From Promethearchaeia archaeon (GTDB lineage Archaea > Asgardarchaeota > Lokiarchaeia > Sigyniarchaeales > SOKP01), in NCBI GenBank assembly GCA_046483985.1, contig JAWOCD010000109.1, positions 1 through 42,054 of the forward strand: DNA of 42,054 nt. Direction: 5' to 3'. Numbering within the stretch: the stretch's first letter is position 1; every line of letters starts with the position of its first letter. Under the pieces are notes generated by a model. That model ran no database searches, was not told the DNA's origin, and worked only from the letters and a program-made list of their open reading frames with translations. The position numbers and the translations under genes were made by a program. Below are positions 19,834-28,656 of this stretch, one piece after another.

Positions 19834-21423
19834 TTGAAAATGAGTGAAAAAAACGACGAGATTTTTAAATCGCGGATGTTTGCACGACAGCAACTTATCG
19901 ATGGGTGGGATCAAACGGTCCTCAATCAAGGATGTATTATGATAGTCGGTGTGGGCGCGTTAGGATGTGAGATTGCAAAGGATTTCGCACTCATGGGGAT
20001 CGGAAAACTGATCTTAGTGGATCTGGACTTAATCGAAACCTCCAATCTATCACGGCAAATGCTGTTTAGACCAGGGGATGAGGGGCGACCAAAGGCAGAA
20101 GTCGCCGCAGAACGTCTGAAAGAGATGAATCCCTATCTTGAAATTGATTCGTATTTTAAGAAACTTCAAAAACTTCCCATGGATGTTTACGAGGAAGCTG
20201 ATGTAGTCATCATGGCCTTAGATAATTATAATGCTCGATTGGACCTCAATAATATTTGTTTAAGATTAGAGAAGCCTTGCGTGGAAGGAGGGACAGTCGG
20301 GTTTGAAGGACATGTGCAAGTGATCATCCCCGAAGGAAGCGAAATTCCCTATAGAAAACGCGAGAACGAAATAGATAAAATAGTGGATGAAAAATTGTGG
20401 TATTTGGATGAAGAAGAATATCCAGAATATTTCGAAGCCCAAGAAGAAATTACCCAATTGGAAAGGAAAATTGAAAAGTTAAAAGAAGAAAAGATACAAC
20501 CTGTAAAGGATGAAATACGGCAGCAAGTGGAACAAGAGTTTGATGAAAAATACGCGGATGAAGTGCTAAACCAGACCCCGTGTTACCGATGTTTAGTTCC
20601 CATGCCCCCTCCGGACGATAAACTGGTTGCCGCTTGTACGTTAAAAGGGCTGCCCCGAAACCGAAATCATTGCGTGATCAAAGCGGAAGTCGATTTTGAA
20701 AAAGAATATGGGCATAAGCCGGATTTAACCGACGATAAAGAGGTCCTTCAATTAATGGATTTAGCTCAACATCAATTGGAACAACTAAGGGAACGCGTGT
20801 TCAAGGAAAACGTGTCCGAAGAGCAGCTCAAACAAATGAGCGAGGAGGAGATCCAAGAATGGAGGGAAAATATTAAAGAAACATTTGGTCCAGATTACAA
20901 GTTCGAGGAAATGGAGAATATCTTGGGGAACAAGATCGCAGCTATTCAGACAGTGAGTTCCATAATCTCCAGCATTGAATCGCAAGAGGCGCTAAAATTA
21001 CTCTTTCGCGTGAACGGTAAGAATATCGGAGAACCGATGAATCCTCCATATCTCAATTATAATGGCACCTACGGGCAATTTGATCCTTTAAATATTAACA
21101 AACGAGAAGAATGTTTAGCATGCGGAGACGTCGAGGGAGAAGAAAATGTGCAGATTGTCGTGCCGTTTGATGCAGACATAGAATATATCTTTGAAGCAAT
21201 GGAAATTTCTGGGCATAAACTGGATCCCGAATCGTGGATGATTACTAACCCAATGTCGAAGGAAATGTATTGGAATCCATTAGTTGAAAGTTTTAGAAAC
21301 CCCGAAAAAAAATTGAAATCCCTAGAAATAGAGAGTAATGATGTCATTAATCTTACTCCCTTGGGAGACGCAAAAGAAAATTCTGACATAAAAAAATATA
21401 ACGTCGTAGTCACCTATATGTAG
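19834..21423 (+). CDS. Ubiquitin/Ubl-activating enzyme E1 (ThiF/UBA family, eukaryote-like)
   Basis: GVGALGCE, SNLSRQMLF, ALDN, EGGTVGFEG, CYRC, catalytic-type CTLKGLPRNRNHC, CLAC and a C-terminal extension. Confidence 0.9.
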   Translation: MKMSEKNDEIFKSRMFARQQLIDGWDQTVLNQGCIMIVGVGALGCEIAKDFALMGIGKLILVDLDLIETSNLSRQMLFRPGDEGRPKAEVAAERLKEMNPYLEIDSYFKKLQKLPMDVYEEADVVIMALDNYNARLDLNNICLRLEKPCVEGGTVGFEGHVQVIIPEGSEIPYRKRENEIDKIVDEKLWYLDEEEYPEYFEAQEEITQLERKIEKLKEEKIQPVKDEIRQQVEQEFDEKYADEVLNQTPCYRCLVPMPPPDDKLVAACTLKGLPRNRNHCVIKAEVDFEKEYGHKPDLTDDKEVLQLMDLAQHQLEQLRERVFKENVSEEQLKQMSEEEIQEWRENIKETFGPDYKFEEMENILGNKIAAIQTVSSIISSIESQEALKLLFRVNGKNIGEPMNPPYLNYNGTYGQFDPLNINKREECLACGDVEGEENVQIVVPFDADIEYIFEAMEISGHKLDPESWMITNPMSKEMYWNPLVESFRNPEKKLKSLEIESNDVINLTPLGDAKENSDIKKYNVVVTYM

Positions 21424-21469
21424 CCCAATTCTTTTTTCCTCTTTCTTTTATTTTATAGTAATGCACCTT

Positions 21470-22084
21470 TCATTTTGAAACACTACTTTGATTCACAAAC
21501 TCTTTAAGTTCTCCCACGAGTATACCATCTACCTGTGCATTCTTCGCTGCAATAAGATCCTTTTGCATATCTCCGATGTAGAGCACGTCTTTTTTTTCCA
21601 CTCCGAAATGATTAATAATTTTTACTAATCCCGCCGGGTCGGGTTTCCACCGCCGTACATCCTCTCTTCCCACGAGGTAGTCAAATTTTTCAGAAATTCT
21701 TGCCAGTTCTAAGGATTTTTTAATGGTTGCTCGTGTATTGAGGGAAAACACAGCAAAAGTTGCATCCCTTCTTACCCCAAATGTCTCTTTGTGTTTGATA
21801 AAATAAACCGTTTCCTCGACAATTTCACTCTCTTCGATGTTTTGCGATTCATATTTTCGAATGATATTAAAAAATTTTAATAGTTCGGATTCATCATCTT
21901 CAGAGACGATGTGATTTAGACAAGTAGAAATGCTGGTAAATCGGCGCGCATTATTATACCGTTCGGAATAGCGATCACTCAATAATTTCTTTAAGGACTG
22001 CCAATCAACGGCTAATTTTATAATTGTTCCGTCTAGGTCAAAAATAATCAGTTTCTTTTGCTTCAGTAGAGACCGATTAAGCAT
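21470..22084 (-). CDS. HAD-superfamily phosphatase
   Basis: FDLDGT, KPDPAG, IGDMQKD. Confidence 0.9.
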   Translation of the reverse strand: MLNRSLLKQKKLIIFDLDGTIIKLAVDWQSLKKLLSDRYSERYNNARRFTSISTCLNHIVSEDDESELLKFFNIIRKYESQNIEESEIVEETVYFIKHKETFGVRRDATFAVFSLNTRATIKKSLELARISEKFDYLVGREDVRRWKPDPAGLVKIINHFGVEKKDVLYIGDMQKDLIAAKNAQVDGILVGELKEFVNQSSVSK

Positions 22085-22147
22085 GATTAGGACAAATTAA
22101 TGATTATATTATAAACTTTCTGAGGAAGACTGAAATATGATAGATAC

Positions 22148-22222
22148 TTGAAGTCTCCCCGCCCTAAAGGACGGGGATTCCTACGAGTCCACTAAGCGTT
22201 AGCTGGTGGGCATATCTTAGGG
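22148..22222 (-). mobile_element. 75-bp IS200/IS605 right-end fragment
   Basis: Identical to 41607-41681; ends in a hairpin + TTCAA on the minus strand. Confidence 0.9.
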
Positions 22223-22224
22223 TA

Positions 22225-22647
22225 TTATAGCTTGATAACATTTATCCCTTTTATTCTTTGAAAATGTCGAACATTTCGGGTTAAAATTTTTGAAAAATCG
22301 TTTACCAAAATAATACTTGCAATTAGACAATCAAAAGGATCCAGGAAGTTACCGCTTGCTTCTAATTTTCGGAAGATATTGGCTGCTTTTATTGCTGCTT
22401 TTTCATTTAATGGGAAATTATATAAACTTTGAACCAGCTTCTGGATATTCCTCCGCTCTTTCAATAAATCATCTTCTTTTATTTGGGTTTTCCCATATTG
22501 TAATTTATAGTATCCCATATATAATTCAAAAATAGATGGGGAGGTAATTGCAAATTTTTCGTTAGAGGAAAATGTCTCGATAAATGAACTCAAGGAGATC
22601 TTTTCATGTAAAATGTCTATACAAATATCGGTATCAAAGAAGATCAT
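22225..22647 (-). CDS. vapC: VapC PIN-domain toxin
   Basis: FFDTDICID, SIFEL, DPFDCLIA, LTRNVRHF. Confidence 0.92.
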   Translation of the reverse strand: MIFFDTDICIDILHEKISLSSFIETFSSNEKFAITSPSIFELYMGYYKLQYGKTQIKEDDLLKERRNIQKLVQSLYNFPLNEKAAIKAANIFRKLEASGNFLDPFDCLIASIILVNDFSKILTRNVRHFQRIKGINVIKL

Positions 22648-22889
22648 CTGTTTTTTACTCCTATTCTTTCTTTAATCATGTTTCTCATTTCTTTATTGCT
22701 TTCTCTAAATTTATCTGTCAATTCTTCTGGAAGATTTTTTGAAAGTCCAAAGCATTCTTTAATATCCGAAAAATTACTCTGACTGTCTAATAATCTTGCT
22801 ATCACATCTGAAAAGCTCTCATTTTCTCTTTTTTGTCCTTTTAATCGGTCATATATTTTTTTTCTGATTGATATCTGTTTTGAGACCAT
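22644..22889 (-). CDS. vapB: VapB antitoxin (archaeal DUF217-like)
   Basis: KQISIRKKIYDRLK...ESFSDVIARLL; ATGA overlap with vapC. Confidence 0.88.
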   Translation of the reverse strand: MVSKQISIRKKIYDRLKGQKRENESFSDVIARLLDSQSNFSDIKECFGLSKNLPEELTDKFRESNKEMRNMIKERIGVKNR

Positions 22890-23084
22890 ATTACCTCACT
22901 TTTTAGAGGGTATTGGTATTTAGATTTAATTCAATAATATTGCTCATATATTCAATAGTTAATAGAGAATATAAATGTTAACTTAGCGAAAAAGAAGCAG
23001 AGTTAGAAAAAGAAAGAAAACCATGAAAAGAAAAAGATAGGAACCAAAACGCCAAAAATCTTGATTAAAAAAATTAAATGTTAC

Positions 23085-23522
23085 TTAAATTGGAAAGCCC
23101 TCTTCTAAATCCTTTATTTGTTTAACCACTTCTTTGGGTAAATCTGCTTTCTGTTCCCTATTATAATCATAGGAAACCACTTCTGCCGTGCCAAGGGCAG
23201 CGACTTGCTCATGCTTTTGACTCACAATACAATACTCCATGGTAAATCGATCGTCCTTAAGCTTTCCAATACGAGTCCCGATATGGATGGTATCGGGGTA
23301 AGTCAACGGGGAAATGTATTTACATTGGGTAGATGCTAAAATCGGCCCAATCCCCCTCTCTTCCATGGTTTCTAAAAATCCGACTTTCTCAAAATAGGTA
23401 ATCCGGACACTTTCATAGAAGCGGAAGAATATGATATTGTTAACATGCTGGAACGCGTCCATTTGGCCCCATAGAAGTGATAGATCGATAACAACCGAAT
23501 AATCTTTTAATTTTTCGCTCAT
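23085..23522 (-). CDS. Acyl-CoA thioesterase (4HBT/YbgC hotdog fold)
   Basis: WGQMDAFQHVNN...YESVRITYF, PLTYPD. Confidence 0.9.
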   Translation of the reverse strand: MSEKLKDYSVVIDLSLLWGQMDAFQHVNNIIFFRFYESVRITYFEKVGFLETMEERGIGPILASTQCKYISPLTYPDTIHIGTRIGKLKDDRFTMEYCIVSQKHEQVAALGTAEVVSYDYNREQKADLPKEVVKQIKDLEEGFPI

Positions 23523-23525
23523 TGC

Positions 23526-23583
23526 TAATATTTACTTTTATAATTTTAGTTTTAATATTTACTTTTATAATTTTAGTTTTAAT
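23526..23583. repeat. 27-bp tandem duplication
   Basis: taatatttacttttataattttagttt twice, upstream of the thioesterase. Confidence 0.9.
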
Positions 23584-23639
23584 GATTCAATAATATTGCT
23601 CAGATAAACTTTTAGACTGAGAATTATTCAATTGCTGTG

Positions 23640-23706
23640 TTGTCTAAGGTGTATATAGCACATTAGGGAGCACGAATCCACCGCCCTTTAGGGCGTGGTA
23701 ATTCAA
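23640..23706 (+). mobile_element. Diverged IS200/IS605 right-end remnant
   Basis: gaatccaccgccctttagggcgtggtaattcaa has the same hairpin + TTCAA layout as the tnpB element end. The 5' limit is approximate. Confidence 0.75.
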
Positions 23707-23816
23707 GTATTAATTTCTTCACGATCTTATCTTTTAGCAGAAGCATTATTTTTTTCCTAAGGTATTTTCCTATTCTGCTTATCACATTTCAGAGTGGCGT
23801 AAAAAAAGTGAAATGA

Positions 23817-23972
23817 TGGTCCCGCCTCCCCGGCTTGAACGGGGGGCATCTCGGTTTCGGCTGACGTATTATCATAGGCTTAACCTTTAATACGCGAGAA
23901 CTCTACAGCCGAGTGCTTTCGGTTATAATACGGCTATTCCACCGCATTAATCTACCACTGAGCTAAGGCGGG
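23817..23972 (-). tRNA. tRNA-Tyr(GTA) with two introns (23918-23951 and ~23856-23902)
   Basis: Spliced 75-mer CCCGCCTTAGCTCAGTGGTAG|AGCACTCGGCTGTAG|ACCGAGATGCCCCCCGTTCAAGCCGGGGAGGCGGGACCA folds as a cloverleaf with C1-G72, A73 and encoded CCA. Confidence 0.92.
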
Positions 23973-24198
23973 TGCGTTATTTCTTACAAATCAAAATCTA
24001 TAAAAATGAAATTATAGAAATAATATAATCTTTGTGGTTATTTAAAGTCCATGAGGTCATTATCGAAAAGGATAAGTTCATAAAGAAAAACTCTATGTAT
24101 TAATTAAAGTTAATAAATTAAGAATACACAATTTTTTTATTGAATTGAGATTTTTTAACAACTATATTATTTATAAAACATTAACGGTTTAAGGAAAA

Positions 24199-24708
24199 AT
24201 GAGAATTGAAACTGATTATGCCGAAGCAGTAGAGGCCTATAAAGACGACCCTCATGTCCACATTGAACCATGGGGCAAAAGCATAAAGCATTTGCGACTT
24301 ACAATAACTGGAAAGGAAGATACGCCATACGAAGGCGGAGAATTTGTATTTGAGATAAAATTCCCAGACAACTACCCGTTTCAGCCCCCCTATGCCTACG
24401 CTGTCACTCTAATGTGGCACCCGAACATCGACTCGTCCATTCCGCCGGGGAAATTAAATATTTGTTTGGACCTAATTAACCCTGATCTCGTAGGAAAAGT
24501 CGATGCCTCTACGGGAGCCTCGGGTTGGACTCCGGCAAAGACATTAACGAACATTATCGAAGCATTAAAAGGTATGATGCATGTAGAACCACCATTCTTT
24601 AATCCGGGCGACCCGCTCAATCACGAAGCGGGAGAGCAGTATTTTAGAGCTAAGAAGAAATTCGAGTCCAAAGCGGAAAAATGGACCGAAAAATATGCCA
24701 TGGATTAA
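24199..24708 (+). CDS. Ubiquitin-conjugating enzyme E2
   Basis: DTPYEGGEF, FPDNYPFQPP, WHPNID, ICLDL, WTPA, DPLNHEAG. Confidence 0.95.
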   Translation: MRIETDYAEAVEAYKDDPHVHIEPWGKSIKHLRLTITGKEDTPYEGGEFVFEIKFPDNYPFQPPYAYAVTLMWHPNIDSSIPPGKLNICLDLINPDLVGKVDASTGASGWTPAKTLTNIIEALKGMMHVEPPFFNPGDPLNHEAGEQYFRAKKKFESKAEKWTEKYAMD

Positions 24709-24919
24709 CCTCGTAAATGAAAAACAACTTCTTTTTATTTTCTTCTTTTTATTTTATGAATTTTGTATGCAAATATTTTTATAGTTGGTTTCAGAATCGT
24801 TATCCCATTCTGCAGATGAAATCCTCCCCATAAAATTAATACATATTTGTGGAAAACAAGAGGAAAATTATTATTGTACGCATAACTTATATTAATAGTT
24901 ATCTTTAGGTTGGCTGAAA

Positions 24920-25831
24920 ATGAAGAAAAAAAAGACAGCTGTCGTTGGAGCTGGGTGGTTCGGACGAGCACACATCCGGAATTTTGATAATCTTTCAAAG
25001 TTAGTTGCCGTGTGTGATAAAGACCAGAAAAAATTAGAGCATATTTCTTCACAATACGAATATGTAAATACTTACACCAAGGTCGACGATTTAATCAAAA
25101 ACGAGGAGATAGACGCGGTTAGCATCGTCACGCCACCCAAACATATCCCGGAGATTGCGCTAAAATTTGTAAAAGCGGGAGTAGATACTTTAATGGAAAA
25201 ACCCATGGCTCTTGAATTAGATAAATTACTCCAATTTAGAGAGTTTGATGTGCGGATCATGCCTGGGTTTATCGAGTTGTTTAACCCCGTGTTTGAGAAA
25301 CTTTTAGAACACCTTGATGAGGTGGGAGAAATTATTTCTCTTGCTTCCAAACGCATCGGATTATATCCGAGACGGGATTGGCATATGGGAGTTGTCTTAG
25401 ATCTCGCAATTCATGATATTTATCTTCAAGAGAGGGTAATGGATAAAATAGCAGAAGAGGTGCACGGCTATAAGAAATGCTATAAGGAAGATATCCATGC
25501 AGACGCGGCATTTATCATCCTGGATTTTGGAAATGCAATTGGGAATATCGAATCAAACTGGTTAACTCCCTCAAAATTCAGACGAATGTACGTGAACGGG
25601 GAAAACGGAGGGATCATGATCGATTTTATTTCCCAAGAGATTAAGATCAGGAAGGGTCTGCACCTTCAAGAAGAATGGCCAATAACAAAAGAGGTGGGAT
25701 TCAAGCCTCTGAGAATGGACGAGCCTTTAAAAAGAGAGATAAATAATTTCCTCTATGAGGAGGAGGCTTTAGTAACTTTAGAAGATGGAATAAAAGCCCT
25801 CGAAATTGCACTAAAAATAGTAAATTCATAA
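24920..25831 (+). CDS. Gfo/Idh/MocA oxidoreductase
   Basis: VVGAGWFGRAH, MEKPMA, DLAIHD. Confidence 0.9.
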   Translation: MKKKKTAVVGAGWFGRAHIRNFDNLSKLVAVCDKDQKKLEHISSQYEYVNTYTKVDDLIKNEEIDAVSIVTPPKHIPEIALKFVKAGVDTLMEKPMALELDKLLQFREFDVRIMPGFIELFNPVFEKLLEHLDEVGEIISLASKRIGLYPRRDWHMGVVLDLAIHDIYLQERVMDKIAEEVHGYKKCYKEDIHADAAFIILDFGNAIGNIESNWLTPSKFRRMYVNGENGGIMIDFISQEIKIRKGLHLQEEWPITKEVGFKPLRMDEPLKREINNFLYEEEALVTLEDGIKALEIALKIVNS

Positions 25832-25875
25832 TTATACCAATTAGAATCAAATTATATTAGGTGGTGTATTTTCCT

Positions 25876-26307
25876 ATGAGTGAAGAAAATGAGGATGATG
25901 ACGAACATAAGTTAAAAAAGATCCGAATGGAAAAAATGAAGGCATTAATGGAAAAGAAGAAACGGCAAGAGGCAAGAAAAAGTAAAGATACTTCAATGTA
26001 TGATAAAGTCGAGTACGTCTTGAAAACAGTACTTTCACCGAAAGCGTATTCACATTTAAATGAGTTAAAAGAAGAAGAACCAAAAGTCTATCAGCAAGTC
26101 TTGAATCATTTAATTACGCCAGATGTGCTCTCTCAAATCGATTATTTAGTCAGCATCATTCAGAGGCGTGGCGGTTCAATACCTCGAAGGATTCCATTAG
26201 ATGCAATCATCCACTTAGAGCGAAAAGTAAAGGGAATTAAGGGAAAAGTTCGGGTCAAACGACGGGACGGAGATCTCATGGATTTAGGGTCATACTTGAA
26301 GAAATAA
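25876..26307 (+). CDS. PDCD5/TFAR19-like dsDNA-binding protein
   Basis: DDEHKLKKIRMEKMKAL...LKTVLSPKAYSHLNELK...VRVKRR pattern. ATG at 25876 is preferred over GTG at 25861. Confidence 0.7.
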   Translation: MSEENEDDDEHKLKKIRMEKMKALMEKKKRQEARKSKDTSMYDKVEYVLKTVLSPKAYSHLNELKEEEPKVYQQVLNHLITPDVLSQIDYLVSIIQRRGGSIPRRIPLDAIIHLERKVKGIKGKVRVKRRDGDLMDLGSYLKK

Positions 26308-26408
26308 TTTAACGATAAGATTATTATATTAGGGATTCTAATTCTTATTTTTTACTTTATATTAAGAACGAAAAACGCACAATTGCAATAATTAGTTAGC
26401 TGATTAAT

Positions 26409-27443
26409 ATGAACAAAAAAACGCAAAACAAACGTGACTTTATCTCAACCCAAAATTGGTCATTAGACCAATTGGAATCATTACTCAAGTTAACAAACTC
26501 CGTAAAAGAGAAACCCGAAAAGTATGCAAATAGCCTTAAACAAAAATCCGTATGCATGTTCTTCTATAATCCTTCCACGAGAACGAGAAACTCTACTGAA
26601 GTTGCGGCATATCAATTGGGAATGCATCCAACTTTTAATTCCATTAAGGATTCATGGATCGGTTATGAATCGGAATCCATCAAAGATACAGCAGTTGTAT
26701 TGGCTCGGTATTATGACGCAATTGGAATCAGAGTTTTTCCAAATTCCGTCAAATGGATATATAAAGAAGCAAATCGGTCATTACGGAAGTTTGCAAAATG
26801 GGCCAATGTTCCAATTATTAATTTCGAAGACGATCAATACCATCCCCTTCAAGCCTTAACCGATATCTATACGATGAGGGAAAAACTGGGGGATCTTCAC
26901 AACAAAAAAATAGTCATCTCATGGGCATACCATCCCAAACCGTTGCCTTTAAGCGTTCCGAATTCAATTTTATTGAACTCAACTCGTTTTGGAATGGATG
27001 TGACACTTGCCCATCCAGAGCATTATGAATTGGATGAGGATATAACCTCCCTCGCGGAGAAAAATGCCAAAGAATCGGGTGGAACCTTCGAAGTTTCGAA
27101 CACGATTGAAGAGGGCTATGAAGATGCCGATGTGGTATACGTCAAAAGTTGGGGATCCATCAAAGAATACGGAAATCCCCGGGAAGAAAAACAACTACGG
27201 CTGCCCCATAGAGAATCGTGGCGGATTCAGCCGAAACATTTTGATTACACCTCTCAGAACTCATATTTTATGCATTGTCTTCCCATACGACGGAATATCG
27301 TTGCAGACGATGAAGTTATAGATGGGGAGCATTCAATCGTATACGATCAAGCAGAAAATCGCTTATATACCATAAAATCCTTGTTGTATTATTTATTGAA
27401 GTCTCCCCGCCCTAAAGGACGGGGATTCCTACGAGTCCACTAA
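26409..27443 (+). CDS. argF: N-acyl-ornithine carbamoyltransferase (ArgF'-type); last 15 codons come from an IS end
   Basis: FYNPSTRT, HPLQ, WAYHPKPLP, YVKSW, HCLPIRRN, QAENR. Confidence 0.85.
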   Translation: MNKKTQNKRDFISTQNWSLDQLESLLKLTNSVKEKPEKYANSLKQKSVCMFFYNPSTRTRNSTEVAAYQLGMHPTFNSIKDSWIGYESESIKDTAVVLARYYDAIGIRVFPNSVKWIYKEANRSLRKFAKWANVPIINFEDDQYHPLQALTDIYTMREKLGDLHNKKIVISWAYHPKPLPLSVPNSILLNSTRFGMDVTLAHPEHYELDEDITSLAEKNAKESGGTFEVSNTIEEGYEDADVVYVKSWGSIKEYGNPREEKQLRLPHRESWRIQPKHFDYTSQNSYFMHCLPIRRNIVADDEVIDGEHSIVYDQAENRLYTIKSLLYYLLKSPRPKGRGFLRVH

Positions 27444-27489
27444 GCGTTAGCTGGTGGGCATATCTTAGGGCTGTGTGTCGTAGAAAATC
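27396..27489 (-). mobile_element. 94-bp IS200/IS605 right-end fragment inside the argF' 3' end
   Basis: Identical to 41607-41700. Confidence 0.9.
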
Positions 27490-27700
27490 AAATTTGAGTA
27501 GTGTTTTGGAAGGATGGCTGTGAGAAAATACAATAGTATTATCTTTAATCTTGAAACCGCTTTGATTATAGCATAAAAAGATCGTTAAAGGAGGATTAAA
27601 GAAGAAAATAAAAAATTATAAGGAAAAGAAAGGAATATTATTTAAGGAAGAATACTGATATTTTATTATATCTTATATTATTAGAAATGGGTTAGTTAAG

Positions 27701-28018
27701 ATGGGAAGTAAAAAAATTAAAGATCAAGAAAAAATCGATGCACTTGAAAAAAAATTTGACGATATCAAGGGAATACGGGAGAAAATCTTGGGAGAATCAG
27801 GAGAGGTTGCTACCACCTTAAAGAACTATTATAAGCGGAGAAAGGCGGTATCTCCAGAAAAAATGGAGCAAAACATAAAGTCTATCTCAAACTTTTTGGA
27901 AAATTTTACTAGAATGATGGAAAACATAAATTCAAAAGTAAATGCCGTTGCAGAACAAATTAAGGAAGTAAACGAAAAGCAAGAACAAGTAAAATCTATT
28001 ACAGATTCATTAGGATAA
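27701..28018 (+). CDS. Small coiled-coil protein, function unknown
   Basis: 105 aa, heptad-like amphipathic helices, ATG start after an AT-rich leader. Confidence 0.7.
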   Translation: MGSKKIKDQEKIDALEKKFDDIKGIREKILGESGEVATTLKNYYKRRKAVSPEKMEQNIKSISNFLENFTRMMENINSKVNAVAEQIKEVNEKQEQVKSITDSLG

Positions 28019-28092
28019 GTCAACATTTACCTGTTATGCTTTTTTTAGAGCCCACAAGGGAGTATTATCTTATTTCACGATTATTTTAAGAA

Positions 28093-28656
28093 CTATTGTT
28101 CTCTTCCAGAGATAATGGCGATGACTTCAATATCTCCATTTTTATGCTCCTCTGAGTCAATATTGAAAAATTGGAAAGAGAACGGTCTGCCGAAAATTTC
28201 TTCAACCATCGGACTAAAGGATTGGATCGTGAAGATTAACAATCTTTTTAAAATGGATTCGGTCTTTATATCGATATCTAAATCATTCTTGATATTTTCA
28301 AGAGCATTTATTTCTTTTTGATTAAACCGGTAATGATAGATCAATTTAAAATCCACAGGGGTTGGTGCTTCCGCATTTTCATATGAAATCCCGCGCTTTC
28401 GAAAGGGAAATAAGGTATTTAGATAAAAATCAAATATTTCTTCGTGATAGTCTTTTAGCAAATGAGAAATTCGGGACTGAGCACGATATTTTTCATACCT
28501 ATCTTCCATCATACTCAAGAGCCGGGGATAGTTTCGATATTTTCGTTCAGCCTCCTCGGTTAAACTGTCTAACAACTGGTTTTTTATCGGTTTAAAATCA
28601 CTCTTCTTCCCAACTCGTCTGATAAACTTTTTAAACCGTATACTCATCTTTCTCAA
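28093..28656 (-). CDS. Hypothetical protein
   Basis: 187-aa ORF filling the interval; no motif recognised. Confidence 0.65.
   Translation of the reverse strand: MRKMSIRFKKFIRRVGKKSDFKPIKNQLLDSLTEEAERKYRNYPRLLSMMEDRYEKYRAQSRISHLLKDYHEEIFDFYLNTLFPFRKRGISYENAEAPTPVDFKLIYHYRFNQKEINALENIKNDLDIDIKTESILKRLLIFTIQSFSPMVEEIFGRPFSFQFFNIDSEEHKNGDIEVIAIISGREQ

Noticed and set aside
24735-25052. 105-aa minus-strand ORF
   Set aside because: It overlaps the oxidoreductase start on the opposite strand and has no recognisable features.
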